Below the pieces are notes generated by a model. It did not search any database. It was not told the DNA's origin and saw only the letters and a program-made list of their open reading frames with translations. From the NCBI RefSeq assembly GCF_001997385.1, contig NZ_CP019633.1:2400001-2432000 (forward strand): 32,000 bases of DNA, written 5' to 3'. Each line of letters starts with the position of its first letter. Positions within the stretch are counted from its first letter, which is position 1. The stretch comes from Sedimentisphaera cyanobacteriorum (GTDB taxonomy: Bacteria > Planctomycetota > Phycisphaerae > Sedimentisphaerales > Sedimentisphaeraceae). A program made the position numbers and the translations under genes. Shown one piece after another: positions 7,617 to 16,612 of the stretch.

Positions 7617-8977
7617 TGAGCGATAATCAAACACAAAAGCCTCATAAAGATCTTTACAAAAAGACCCTCCAGAGCGGCGGGTGGGTTTTCGGGCTCAGGC
7701 TCTTTAACCACCTGCTTTCAATAGTCCGGCTCGGAGTGCTTGCAATTTTCCTCACCCCAGAACAGTTTGGCGTAGTAGGTGCGGGGCTTCTGTTGGTGGA
7801 AGTGCTGGAAACATTCACTCAAACAGGCTTCAATCAATCGCTGATAGCCAAAAAAGGCAGTGTTGAAAACTGGCTGAATACAGCCTGGACAGCAGGCCTG
7901 ATACGTGCAGGAATATTATACTCTATTATTTTCTTCGCCTCCCCTTTTGCAGCAGAGCTGAAGGCCTCAGGCGAGCTGGCAGCACAAACCACGATGATAA
8001 TGAGGGTTTTAGGCCTTTTGATTATAATAAAGGCGATGAACAACCCGGGCGTTTTATACTTCTCCAAAGATCTCCGATTCGATAAAGTTTTCAAGATAAA
8101 CTCAATATCAAACACCGCTGCTGCAGTGGTGTCGATTGCCGCTGCCTTCTACTACCGCTCAGCTTGGGCGATAGTTATCGGAAAGATTCTCGGTGCATTG
8201 CTCTCCGCTGCGGGGGGATATATTATGCACAGCTTCAGACCCCGAATTGAGATCAATCTCAAAAAGCTTAAAGATATGTGGGGCTTTGGCAAATGGATTA
8301 CCGGCGGGCGGATTGTGAGCTTTCTTATAAATCAGGGAGATGATTTTCTCGTATGGTTTTACCTTGGAATGAAGCCTCTGGGGCTGTATCAGATGTCTTA
8401 CAAGATCTCCACTATCCCGGGCGATTACGTTTCAAAAACTCTCAATACCACGCTTTTCCCTGCTATGTCCAAGATCTCAGAGGATAAAGAACGAATGCGT
8501 TCTGCGTATCTCAAGCTCTTCAGGATGGTTTTTACGTTTTCCTGCCCTGTTGTTGTGTGTCTTATTCTGGGCAGTGAATTCCTTTGGCTCATCCTCGGAA
8601 GCAAATGGGCGCCTGCGATACCGGTAATCCAAATTCTGTGCATTAAGGGCTTCTTCCAAACAATGGGCACCTCCCGCGGGCCTGTTTTTCTCTCCATGGG
8701 CAGGCCGAATATAGCCTTCCGCATCAAGCTTGTCAGGTTCGTATTTCTCGCAGCAGTGATATTCCCGCTTGCCTCTAATTACGGCGTGCAGGGTGTTGCC
8801 TGGGCAGTGGCAGCGGCTGCAGCGCTTCCCCAGCCGCTCGGTTTCTACTGGACAAACCGCCTGCTCGGTATCAGAGCGTCTGAATATTTCCCGCTTATTG
8901 TGCCGGGTCTTCTTCTGGGGCTTGCCGCGGTACTTGGTATTTGGGGCGCGGTTTTTATCGCTTCAATCTATATATAG
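7616..8977 (+). CDS. Wzx-type polysaccharide/oligosaccharide flippase (MOP superfamily, polysaccharide biosynthesis protein family)
   Basis: 453 aa and highly hydrophobic, with roughly 12-14 predicted TM segments. The N-terminus 'LYKKTLQSGGWVFGLRLFNHLLSIVRLGVLAIFLTPEQFGVV' is typical of PST-family exporters. Its start overlaps the upstream stop (TAATG). Confidence 0.75.
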   Translation: MSDNQTQKPHKDLYKKTLQSGGWVFGLRLFNHLLSIVRLGVLAIFLTPEQFGVVGAGLLLVEVLETFTQTGFNQSLIAKKGSVENWLNTAWTAGLIRAGILYSIIFFASPFAAELKASGELAAQTTMIMRVLGLLIIIKAMNNPGVLYFSKDLRFDKVFKINSISNTAAAVVSIAAAFYYRSAWAIVIGKILGALLSAAGGYIMHSFRPRIEINLKKLKDMWGFGKWITGGRIVSFLINQGDDFLVWFYLGMKPLGLYQMSYKISTIPGDYVSKTLNTTLFPAMSKISEDKERMRSAYLKLFRMVFTFSCPVVVCLILGSEFLWLILGSKWAPAIPVIQILCIKGFFQTMGTSRGPVFLSMGRPNIAFRIKLVRFVFLAAVIFPLASNYGVQGVAWAVAAAAALPQPLGFYWTNRLLGIRASEYFPLIVPGLLLGLAAVLGIWGAVFIASIYI

Positions 8978-10554
8978 CCCAGGTCCCTTAGCTGATCCTC
9001 AACCCCGCTCTGCTGATCGTCGCTGTAGTCAACTCCTTCTTTGCCCTGCAAGCCGCTCTGGACGTATTTCGGCTGGATATCTTCGCTGAAAATATCCCCG
9101 AGGAACTGCCCGTCTATATGGCCGGGAATTTCTGCCCCGAGAAAGCCGAGGATTGTGGGGGCGATGTCTATTATCTCAGCATCTCTTTTCTGCTGCTTTA
9201 TCAGCCCGCCTGAAGCTGCCCAGAAACCCTCAATCGAATGAGTACCGCCGGCAAAGCCGTTATTCGCAGGAGAAGTGAGGACTGGAGAATTTTCCTCGCG
9301 CGATGGAGTTACCGCATTCAGCACTCCTTCTTTGAGCTCTGCTTTCATCGCAGGCTCGCTGAGGCTATCTCTTTCGGTAATCTCTATTGTGCTTACAACA
9401 GGATTCTGCGATTCAGGCCCGAAGGCCTTGAGCAAACTATCGCGGATCTTAGCCAAATGCTTTTTCTGCGAGGCGTCCGTTACGTAAAAGTATGCCCCCA
9501 TAGCGCCGAGGCAGAAGATATTGGGCTGCTGGAAGTCTATCATCTTGCGAAGGTGCTCAAGATGCTTTTCGCAGAAGAGCCTCGTATCGGGCTTCGAGCC
9601 CGCTGAGGCGGCCTTCTTTTTTGCCTCGCCGTAAATTCCGGCAATCTTTTTCAGCAAGGGGTGCTTATCTTTCAGCTCATCGCTGATAAGGCCGCTTTTT
9701 TCCTCGGAATCAAGGAGCTTAAGGAAGCCGTTTTGATGCAGCCACGTATTGATGGAGATTGTTTTATTATGAGCGCAGAAGCCGTGGTCGGATACCGCAA
9801 GCTTCAAATCATCCGAATCAGCAAATGAGAAAAGCTCTTTGAGGGCATTATCACAGGCCGAATAAATCTCTGCGATTTTATTAAAGGTATCCTTATCAAA
9901 GCCGGGCTGCTCTGGGTCTATTGCCCACCAGAGCTTATGCTGGAGCACATCTGTCATCTGAAACTGAACGCTTGCAAGGTCGAAATCTTCATTGCTGAGG
10001 ATTTCCTTGGCGAGCGTGAGTCTTGCGTTTATAAGCCTTTTCGCCCTTTCTGCGAAGAGCTCTATGCTGCCGTCCCATCTTTTATCAACAATCTTGTAAT
10101 CTTCTCTGCCTGCAATGTATTTATCGTAAACATCAGGCGGGTGTACGCTTTCTCTGCCGAGCTGCGGAGACAAGAGCCCGGGAATAATTATCCCGTTTAC
10201 CTCCGGGGGCGGGGATGTTACAGGCATATTGATGCTGATAACTCTTTTGCCCGAATCAGAAAGCAGCTCCCAGAGCGATGGGACTTTTATATCCCTGAAG
10301 CTGTTCAGGCGAATCTGTCTCTTGTCGCTTTGGTATCTGTGGAAGGTGTAGATCGAGGTTTTCTCAGGCCTGCAGCCAGTCTGCAGGGAAGACCAAGCGG
10401 GAGAAGTTTCAAAAGGCATAATGCTCCTTAAAACTCCAAAGGAACCCGAGCCTGTTAAAGACTCGAGAAAGGGCATTTTCCCCTCACTGCGTAAATATTC
10501 GAAAATTCGGGGCGAAAAGCCGTCCAGCCCCGCTAATATCACTTTTCTTTTCAT
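8968..10554 (-). CDS. Type I phosphodiesterase/nucleotide pyrophosphatase-family protein (alkaline phosphatase superfamily), cytoplasmic
   Basis: 'KVILAGLDGFSP', 'PFETSPAWSSLQTGCRP' (Thr nucleophile loop), 'AVSDHGF' and 'IIDIAPTILGFLGAEIP'. It is a paralogue of 10670-12244. C-terminal tail 'YSDDQQSGVEDQLRDLGYI'. Confidence 0.75.
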   Translation of the reverse strand: MKRKVILAGLDGFSPRIFEYLRSEGKMPFLESLTGSGSFGVLRSIMPFETSPAWSSLQTGCRPEKTSIYTFHRYQSDKRQIRLNSFRDIKVPSLWELLSDSGKRVISINMPVTSPPPEVNGIIIPGLLSPQLGRESVHPPDVYDKYIAGREDYKIVDKRWDGSIELFAERAKRLINARLTLAKEILSNEDFDLASVQFQMTDVLQHKLWWAIDPEQPGFDKDTFNKIAEIYSACDNALKELFSFADSDDLKLAVSDHGFCAHNKTISINTWLHQNGFLKLLDSEEKSGLISDELKDKHPLLKKIAGIYGEAKKKAASAGSKPDTRLFCEKHLEHLRKMIDFQQPNIFCLGAMGAYFYVTDASQKKHLAKIRDSLLKAFGPESQNPVVSTIEITERDSLSEPAMKAELKEGVLNAVTPSREENSPVLTSPANNGFAGGTHSIEGFWAASGGLIKQQKRDAEIIDIAPTILGFLGAEIPGHIDGQFLGDIFSEDIQPKYVQSGLQGKEGVDYSDDQQSGVEDQLRDLGYI

Positions 10555-10613
10555 AAAAACACCATTCTAAAAAGAACTTTTAAAACTTATGCTAATATAA
10601 ACCTTTATTTCAA

Positions 10614-10637
10614 AACTGCAATTCATAAAATGCAGTT
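10614..10637. promoter_or_regulatory. Inverted repeat AACTGCA-N10-TGCAGTT in the divergent promoter region between the two phosphodiesterase paralogues
   Basis: Perfect 7-bp arms at 10614-10620 and 10631-10637, inside the 115-bp AT-rich intergenic region between 10554 and 10670. Confidence 0.4.
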
Positions 10638-10669
10638 AATGTTTTAAGAGTTTTAGTAAATTAGGAAAA

Positions 10670-12244
10670 ATGAGTAAACTTTTAATTATAGGAATAGACG
10701 GCGGGACGTGGGATGTTTTGACCCCAGCTATCAAGCAGGGATATATGCCCTGCCTTGAATCGCTGCTGAACAAATCCTGCAGCGGCGTGCTCCGCTCTAC
10801 AGTCCCCGCTATCACGCCCACGGCCTGGTCAACCTTCCAGACAGGGGTTAGCCCGGCGGCCAACAATATCTTCAGCTTCTCATATCTCAACAGGCAGACA
10901 AAACAGCAGCATTTCTCCACCACCAGCACAATGCAGAAAACTCTCTGGGAGATACTCTCGGATAACGGCCTGAAGGTGAGCGTTGTAAACCTGCCTATGA
11001 CCTACCCGCCCCGAGAGATAAACGGGTATATGGTTACAGGGGTAAACACGCCTTCTGAGGATTCGGATTTCACATGGCCGAAGGAGCTCAAAGCCGAGAT
11101 CCTCGAGAAATTCCCGAACTACAGAATTTTCACGCTTGAGAATATGCTCAGAGACTTCTCAGGCTACTACATCGAAAAAATAACAAATCAGCTTACTGAT
11201 ATAATCTCTCAGAGGCTTGAGGTGGCAAGGTTTTTACTGGGAAAGCAGGAGCACGATGTTTTTATGCTTCACTTTCAGGCAAACGATATCCTCCAACACG
11301 CCTTATGGCCTCTGCTCGATAAAACTTGCAAAGACTTCGACGAAAAATGGCAGAAATACATCTTCGAAAAGTTTTACGCAAAGCTGGATGACTGCATCAA
11401 AGAGCTCAATCAGGCCTTTGGCAAAAGCGCCCGAACAGAAAATTTCAAATGCCTGATCGCCTCAGATCACGGCTTTGAACACCACGAGGCCAGATTTAAT
11501 CTGGGCAGCTGGCTAGTTGAGAGCGCCTATACAAAGCTCCCTGAAACGAAGGTTTCGCTGAAGAAAAAAATCTCGAAAAGCTTGAAGGTAGGCAAGATTC
11601 TCAAGCATTTCTTCAAAGAGCAGTCCGTGAATAATCTGGAGAAAAAGCTCAAGGTTCGCTCTGAGCCGATAGACTCCGTCCGAAGCAGCGCATTGGCAAT
11701 CGGGAAGGGCAGCGAGGGCTTTCTATACTGCTTCGATATGACAGACCAGCAGAAGCAGGAGCTTAGAAAAAGGCTCTTGGATATAGACCTGCCGAATCCT
11801 GAGCGGGGAAAGCTTTTCGAAAAGGTTCTAACCGCAGACGAGCTCTACAAAACCGAAATCCCCGAAGACTTCCCAGACTTCTTCATCATCCCAAAAAGCG
11901 GCTACACCGTTACAGGGAAAGTTAAGAAAGACCAGCCGCTGTTCTCCGATGTGCTCAAGCAGGAAGACCTGCACCTCGGCAAGCATGCACCGGAGGGTAT
12001 ATTCGTGCTTACAGGATTTGAGGGCTCTCAGAGAGGGCAGGAACGGTCTATCTATGATATAGCGCCTACTGTTTTGGAAATACTCGGCATTGAACTGCCC
12101 GATTATCTCTCGGGCACTCCGCTCACAAAAAAGGCTTCTGAAAACCGCAGCGAAGAGAATCTCTTACCAAAACACAACGCAGAGACAAACGAAGAGGACG
12201 AAGAGAAAATAAAGCAGAGACTCGCTAATCTGGGGTATATGTAG
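10670..12244 (+). CDS. Type I phosphodiesterase/nucleotide pyrophosphatase-family protein (alkaline phosphatase superfamily), cytoplasmic
   Basis: 'LLIIGIDGGTWDVL', 'VPAITPTAWSTFQTGVSP', 'IASDHGFEHH' and 'IYDIAPTVLEILGIELP'. C-terminal tail 'NEEDEEKIKQRLANLGYM'. Confidence 0.75.
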   Translation: MSKLLIIGIDGGTWDVLTPAIKQGYMPCLESLLNKSCSGVLRSTVPAITPTAWSTFQTGVSPAANNIFSFSYLNRQTKQQHFSTTSTMQKTLWEILSDNGLKVSVVNLPMTYPPREINGYMVTGVNTPSEDSDFTWPKELKAEILEKFPNYRIFTLENMLRDFSGYYIEKITNQLTDIISQRLEVARFLLGKQEHDVFMLHFQANDILQHALWPLLDKTCKDFDEKWQKYIFEKFYAKLDDCIKELNQAFGKSARTENFKCLIASDHGFEHHEARFNLGSWLVESAYTKLPETKVSLKKKISKSLKVGKILKHFFKEQSVNNLEKKLKVRSEPIDSVRSSALAIGKGSEGFLYCFDMTDQQKQELRKRLLDIDLPNPERGKLFEKVLTADELYKTEIPEDFPDFFIIPKSGYTVTGKVKKDQPLFSDVLKQEDLHLGKHAPEGIFVLTGFEGSQRGQERSIYDIAPTVLEILGIELPDYLSGTPLTKKASENRSEENLLPKHNAETNEEDEEKIKQRLANLGYM

Positions 12245-12245
12245 A

Positions 12246-12938
12246 ATGAAAAGCAGTCTGAAGGAGATTATAAAGCTTCCGTTCAAGCCATACTGGGCTC
12301 TGAGAAAGAAGCTCAGAACTGTTTATATGCCCAGAAAATACTGGAACGAACTGCACAGCTCGAAAAATATCGATTCCCTTCAGAGAGTGGGATACAAAAA
12401 CCGCTCCGAGGAGGAAAACAGGGCGATGTATGAAAAGGCAAGACAAACGTTCATTGATTTCTGCCAAGCTCAAGGTGTGGTTTTTTCAGAAATGAAGGTG
12501 CTCGAGATAGGGTGTGGAACAGGCTTCTACACAGATATAATCAAAAATCAGGGCTGCAAAAACTACACCGGCATAGATATAAGCAGAGTTACAGTAAAGC
12601 AGCTAAAGGAGAAATACCCCAACTGCAAATTCAAAACCCTCGACGCAGCAAAGGGAAAGCTGAAGGAAAAATTCGATGTGATCGTAATGATTGATGTTAC
12701 TCAGCATATCGTAGGCGAGAAGAAATTCGTATCTGCTATGAAAAACATCGACCAAATGCTTAGACCGGGCGGGATTTTTATCGTTACCTCTTGGCTCTCT
12801 GAACAGATAATCCAAAACCGCTATTACGAGGTAAAAAGGCCTCTAAGCTGCTACAAGCAGGCCTTTGCCGATTACAAGTTTTCAAAGCCGGCTGCCTTCA
12901 GAGACAAGTACATCTTTTCGATTTCCAAGCAGGGCTGA
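12246..12938 (+). CDS. Class I SAM-dependent methyltransferase
   Basis: Motif I 'VLEIGCGTGFYT', 'GIDIS' and 'FDVIVMIDVTQHI'. It starts 1 nt after the upstream TAG, which suggests operonic coupling. Confidence 0.8.
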   Translation: MKSSLKEIIKLPFKPYWALRKKLRTVYMPRKYWNELHSSKNIDSLQRVGYKNRSEEENRAMYEKARQTFIDFCQAQGVVFSEMKVLEIGCGTGFYTDIIKNQGCKNYTGIDISRVTVKQLKEKYPNCKFKTLDAAKGKLKEKFDVIVMIDVTQHIVGEKKFVSAMKNIDQMLRPGGIFIVTSWLSEQIIQNRYYEVKRPLSCYKQAFADYKFSKPAAFRDKYIFSISKQG

Positions 12939-13396
12939 AATATACAAAACTTAAAACTGACTCAAACCCTGCACCTTCTCCGGAGATACCACATAAGCAG
13001 TGTTTACCCAGATTTAAAACAAATCTTCACTGATAATTAGTTGACCCATTTGGCACCCGCCGCAGCAACTATCCCCCAACGGCGGAATTTAAGCGGCGCT
13101 CGGTTTGGCGGTGCATTATCTGAAATCACGTAAATATTTTGCAACTTATTAAATGACAGCTTTTTACATTTAATAGAAATCTGTACAATCAGTGGATAAA
13201 GCTCTTTGCAAACATCGCAGCAAAACAAAGCATTAATAACAAAGATGTGCCCCAATTAATGTGCAAATATGAAGCACAATAAGCAAGTTTCACTTTACGA
13301 AAAAACGTTTTAGTATAGAATTTAAAAGGCCCCTTAACAAAATGTATTTTAGCATACTGCGATATAACTTGAAACCCAATTGCAGAGGAAGCTTTT

Positions 13397-14815
13397 ATGA
13401 AAAATCTGAGCAGACGCAGCTTTATGAAATCCATCGGCTCGGCCGCAGCGGTTTTTGCCTCAGGCGGATGCGGAAACATCAGCGCTATAACATCATCTAA
13501 CAGTATCAAAAGGCCGAACATACTGCTCATCCTCGGAGATGATATAGGCCGAGAAACAATCTCCTGCTACGGCGGGGAGTCTTACAGCACACCGAACATA
13601 GACAAGCTCGCTGCAGAGGGTATGCGTTTCAAGAACTGCTATGCAACACCGATCTGCTCGCCAACGAGGGTAGAGCTGCTCACGGGGAAATACAGCTTCC
13701 GCAACTACACAAAATGGCGCGAACTCAAAGACGACCAAACCACCTTCCCGCAGATCCTCCAGCAAAACGGATACCGCACCGCAATTGCTGGGAAATGGCA
13801 GCTTGAAGACTGGGATGAACAGCCCAAAGGCATAGAAAAGGCCGGCTACGATGAGTATCTTTCATTAGATCACCCCAAAATGCTCTCTTATTCAAAGAGG
13901 GATGAAGGAAACGTTTTCTGGAAGATTCCAACTCTTTACAAAAACGGCAAACATATAGACCCGGGATACGAATACGCCGAGGATTTATTCTATGAGTTTA
14001 CCAAAGACTTCATATCCCGAGACTCAGAAAAGCCCTGGCTTATGGAATATCATATGAATCTCTGCCACCGCCCGTTTATGCCCACGCCGGACAGCGATGT
14101 GATAAAAGAAGGCGGTAAATCCGCCATAGATAAATTCCTTGGCTTCGAAGGCGAAACAAAGTATTTCAGCGATATGCTCAGCTATGCAGACAAGCTCGTT
14201 GGAAAGCTTGTTGAAGTGCTTGAAAAGACAGGACAGAGAGATAATACGCTCGTGATATTCACCGCCGATAACGGCACAGACAATGTTTGGGAGGCAAAGC
14301 AGCTCCGTTCAGAATACAGAAATCGTATGGTGGAGGGCGGAAAATACAAGACATCCGACCTCGGGGCAGCTGTTCCGTTTATTGCGAACTGTCCGGGTAT
14401 GCTGAAAAGTGGGGTGGTTACTGAGGAACTGATAGACTTTTCCGATATCCTTCCCTCGTTCTGCGATGCTGCAGGAGCAAGACTGCCCGAAGGGCTGGAA
14501 ACAGACGGAAGAAGCTTTATTCCCCTGCTCAAAGGCGACAGCTCAAACGCCAGAGACTGGATTTACTCTTGGGGCGGTTTTATCAAAACCTCACGCAGAT
14601 ACAAAGACCCCGTTAAATATAAAGACGAGCACCTGCACATAATACGAAATAAGAGATGGAAGTATTATTCCGACGGCCGAATTTTCGATATAATAAACGA
14701 CCCGTTTGAAGAGAATCCTTTCAAAGAAAGCGAAAACGAGCAGGCAGACAAGGCCAGAGAATACCTAGAAGCAGAGCTTGCAAAACTGCGGTCTTCAGGC
14801 AGGCGTTTGTGGTAA
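13397..14815 (+). CDS. Exported Cys-type sulfatase (arylsulfatase family S1)
   Basis: Tat-like or lipoprotein-like leader 'SRRSFMKSIGSAAAVFASGGC'. 'NILLILGDDIG' is present. The formylglycine motif is 'CSPTRVELLTGK'. 'IFTADNG' is present. SD 'GAGGAAG' precedes the start. Confidence 0.9.
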   Translation: MKNLSRRSFMKSIGSAAAVFASGGCGNISAITSSNSIKRPNILLILGDDIGRETISCYGGESYSTPNIDKLAAEGMRFKNCYATPICSPTRVELLTGKYSFRNYTKWRELKDDQTTFPQILQQNGYRTAIAGKWQLEDWDEQPKGIEKAGYDEYLSLDHPKMLSYSKRDEGNVFWKIPTLYKNGKHIDPGYEYAEDLFYEFTKDFISRDSEKPWLMEYHMNLCHRPFMPTPDSDVIKEGGKSAIDKFLGFEGETKYFSDMLSYADKLVGKLVEVLEKTGQRDNTLVIFTADNGTDNVWEAKQLRSEYRNRMVEGGKYKTSDLGAAVPFIANCPGMLKSGVVTEELIDFSDILPSFCDAAGARLPEGLETDGRSFIPLLKGDSSNARDWIYSWGGFIKTSRRYKDPVKYKDEHLHIIRNKRWKYYSDGRIFDIINDPFEENPFKESENEQADKAREYLEAELAKLRSSGRRLW

Positions 14816-14881
14816 GAAGCATTAGACAAACTGCCAAATCCGAATGAAATTATACTGAGCTTGCCGAGCACAGAGACGCTT

Positions 14882-15423
14882 TTAATTTTGACGATCGATA
14901 TTAATTACCGCTCTGAAACCCAGCAGAGAATTTCCATTCCTTTTACAGTTGGGTTTGCTCAGGCTGTAGGTCTCTGAGATTACACTGCGAGGGGTTAAAA
15001 GACAGAATCCGCATACATAAGGCCCACTGCTGCCCTCTTTGTATGCCAATTCCCAAGCATTGCCAACCACGTCATAAAGCCCGTTTTGATCAGCCTGCCT
15101 TTCTGTATAAGAAGAAGCATTATAGTTTTTAAGAAAGTATAACGAAGGCCTACAGGCAGTGTGTGAAATGTGCGTACTATACAGCCTTTGCGGATTATGT
15201 TTCGTGAACTGAAAACTGAGCATCTCACATTCTTAGGCGAAATAATGGCAGAGAATAGGGTCTTGCCCTGAAAAAATCTGTACTTAAGTATTGAACTCCT
15301 CGAATACCAAAGATATGATACAAGAATGAAATTGACTTGCTGCAGGCTCCTTTTAAATAAATGGTTTAATTTTTTCCATTTATAATAGCACCATGTCTTT
15401 CTTTCTGATAGTGCCCAAAACAT
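14882..15423 (-). pseudogene. Degenerate or frameshifted formylglycine-generating-enzyme (FGE/SUMF1)-fold gene remnant
   Basis: The 3' frame (14882-15223) encodes 'NGLYDVVGNAWELAY...LLGFRAV', the C-terminal FGE-sulfatase-domain signature. The 5' part continues in another frame (14995-15423: 'KTWCYYKWKKLN...ILVSYLWYSRSS...YRFFQGK', a weak match to 'SW..A.AYC.W...LPTEAEWEYA...YPWG'). The region is AT-rich. Confidence 0.4.
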
Positions 15424-15552
15424 TTTGCAGACAATGAAAATGTATTTTGAAATATTTGCCTTCGAATTATCGTCTGTTAAAATACAAAACCAAAAGAATA
15501 GAAGTTTGAAAAACGGTAAATCGGAAACAATTATTTATTTAAGGAGAAACGT

Positions 15553-16458
15553 ATGAAGCCAGTCGGTTTGCTATTTGCAATAGCTGCTGTTTCATTATTT
15601 GCAGCAGAGCCGGAAGAGATTCTCGGGGATTATAAAATCAAGTTTTATGAATCCGGCGTGGAGTATCATTTCTATGACGGCGTTGAATATTTGGGCAAAG
15701 ACAGAGAAGAAAAGCTCGATATATATTCGCCTGTAAGCACTATCACCAAAAAGCGACCTGCAGTTCTCTTTATTCACGGCGGAGCTTGGAGAGCAGGAAA
15801 CAGAAAGATGCGGAATCCGGCAGACTGGGCACGATTTTTCGTTGAGAAGGGGTATGTTGCAGTAAGCATAGACTACAAGCTCAGCGAATTTGAAGGAAGA
15901 GGCCCAAACAACAGGCTGGTTAAAGGTGCATGGCGGCAGAACATCTACGACTGCAAAAGCGCACTTCGCTTTATGAAATCCGGGATTGTGAATATAGACA
16001 GCGAGAGGATAGCTGTTATGGGTTCATCAGCAGGCGGGCATCTTGCAATGCTCTTAGGCTATTCAGCCAGCAGCAAAGAGCTTAATAAAGGCGGACTGTA
16101 TAAGGATAAGGGCAATGATGTAAGCTGCATAATCAATTTCTACGGCGTTCCGGATGTTCGCAAACAGGGAGGCAGTATGTTTATCGAAGCACCGAGGGAT
16201 GAACGCCCCGAAGAGTGGGCGCTTGCCTCGCCAGTGGAACATTTAGCGGGTAGCGAGCCTCCGATACTGATTATCCACGGAACAAAAGACAGGGTGGTTG
16301 ATATTGAACACTCGAGGGAATTAGCGGAGCTGCTGAAAGAGAAAGAGCTTCCGTTTGAGCATAAATTCATCGAGGGCGCCGGCCACGGCTTCTCAGTTCG
16401 GGCAAACGGGATAAACCTTATGCCGGCGGTAGGGGATTTCCTCAAGAGCAATTTCTAA
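15553..16458 (+). CDS. Secreted alpha/beta-hydrolase (carbohydrate esterase/lipase-like)
   Basis: Signal peptide 'MKPVGLLFAIAAVSLFAAEPEE'. Oxyanion motif 'LFIHGGAW', nucleophile elbow 'GSSAGGH', and 'HGTKDRVV...GAGHGF' are present. Confidence 0.8.
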   Translation: MKPVGLLFAIAAVSLFAAEPEEILGDYKIKFYESGVEYHFYDGVEYLGKDREEKLDIYSPVSTITKKRPAVLFIHGGAWRAGNRKMRNPADWARFFVEKGYVAVSIDYKLSEFEGRGPNNRLVKGAWRQNIYDCKSALRFMKSGIVNIDSERIAVMGSSAGGHLAMLLGYSASSKELNKGGLYKDKGNDVSCIINFYGVPDVRKQGGSMFIEAPRDERPEEWALASPVEHLAGSEPPILIIHGTKDRVVDIEHSRELAELLKEKELPFEHKFIEGAGHGFSVRANGINLMPAVGDFLKSNF

Positions 16459-16555
16459 AACACAATTGCTTGAGATTCTCGCAGGTTATTATCGCAATCG
16501 CTGCGGCATTAGTGGAATTTTCTCCCCTGCCCGCTTCTCTGAAGAACTCGTATTA

Positions 16556-16596
16556 AAAATGTCTGCCGGGAAATAAAGCTTTCGGCAGACATTTTT
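16556..16596. terminator. Bidirectional intrinsic terminator between the convergent esterase and pilin-like genes
   Basis: Stem 'aaaaatgtctgccg'/'cggcagacattttt', flanked by an A-run and T-run on both sides. Confidence 0.75.
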
Positions 16597-16612
16597 CGTT
16601 TTTTACGGGGTA

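Noticed and set aside
13057-13085. GC-rich hairpin ccgccg-N17-cggcgg downstream of the methyltransferase, as a riboswitch or terminator
   Set aside because: It has only a 6-bp stem and a large loop, no following T-run, and no resemblance to a riboswitch class I know. At best it is a weak structure.
14882-15223. FGE/C-type-lectin-fold remnant as the variable protein of a diversity-generating retroelement
   Set aside because: No template repeat similar to the 3' end of the ORF is present in the window, and no reverse transcriptase gene either.
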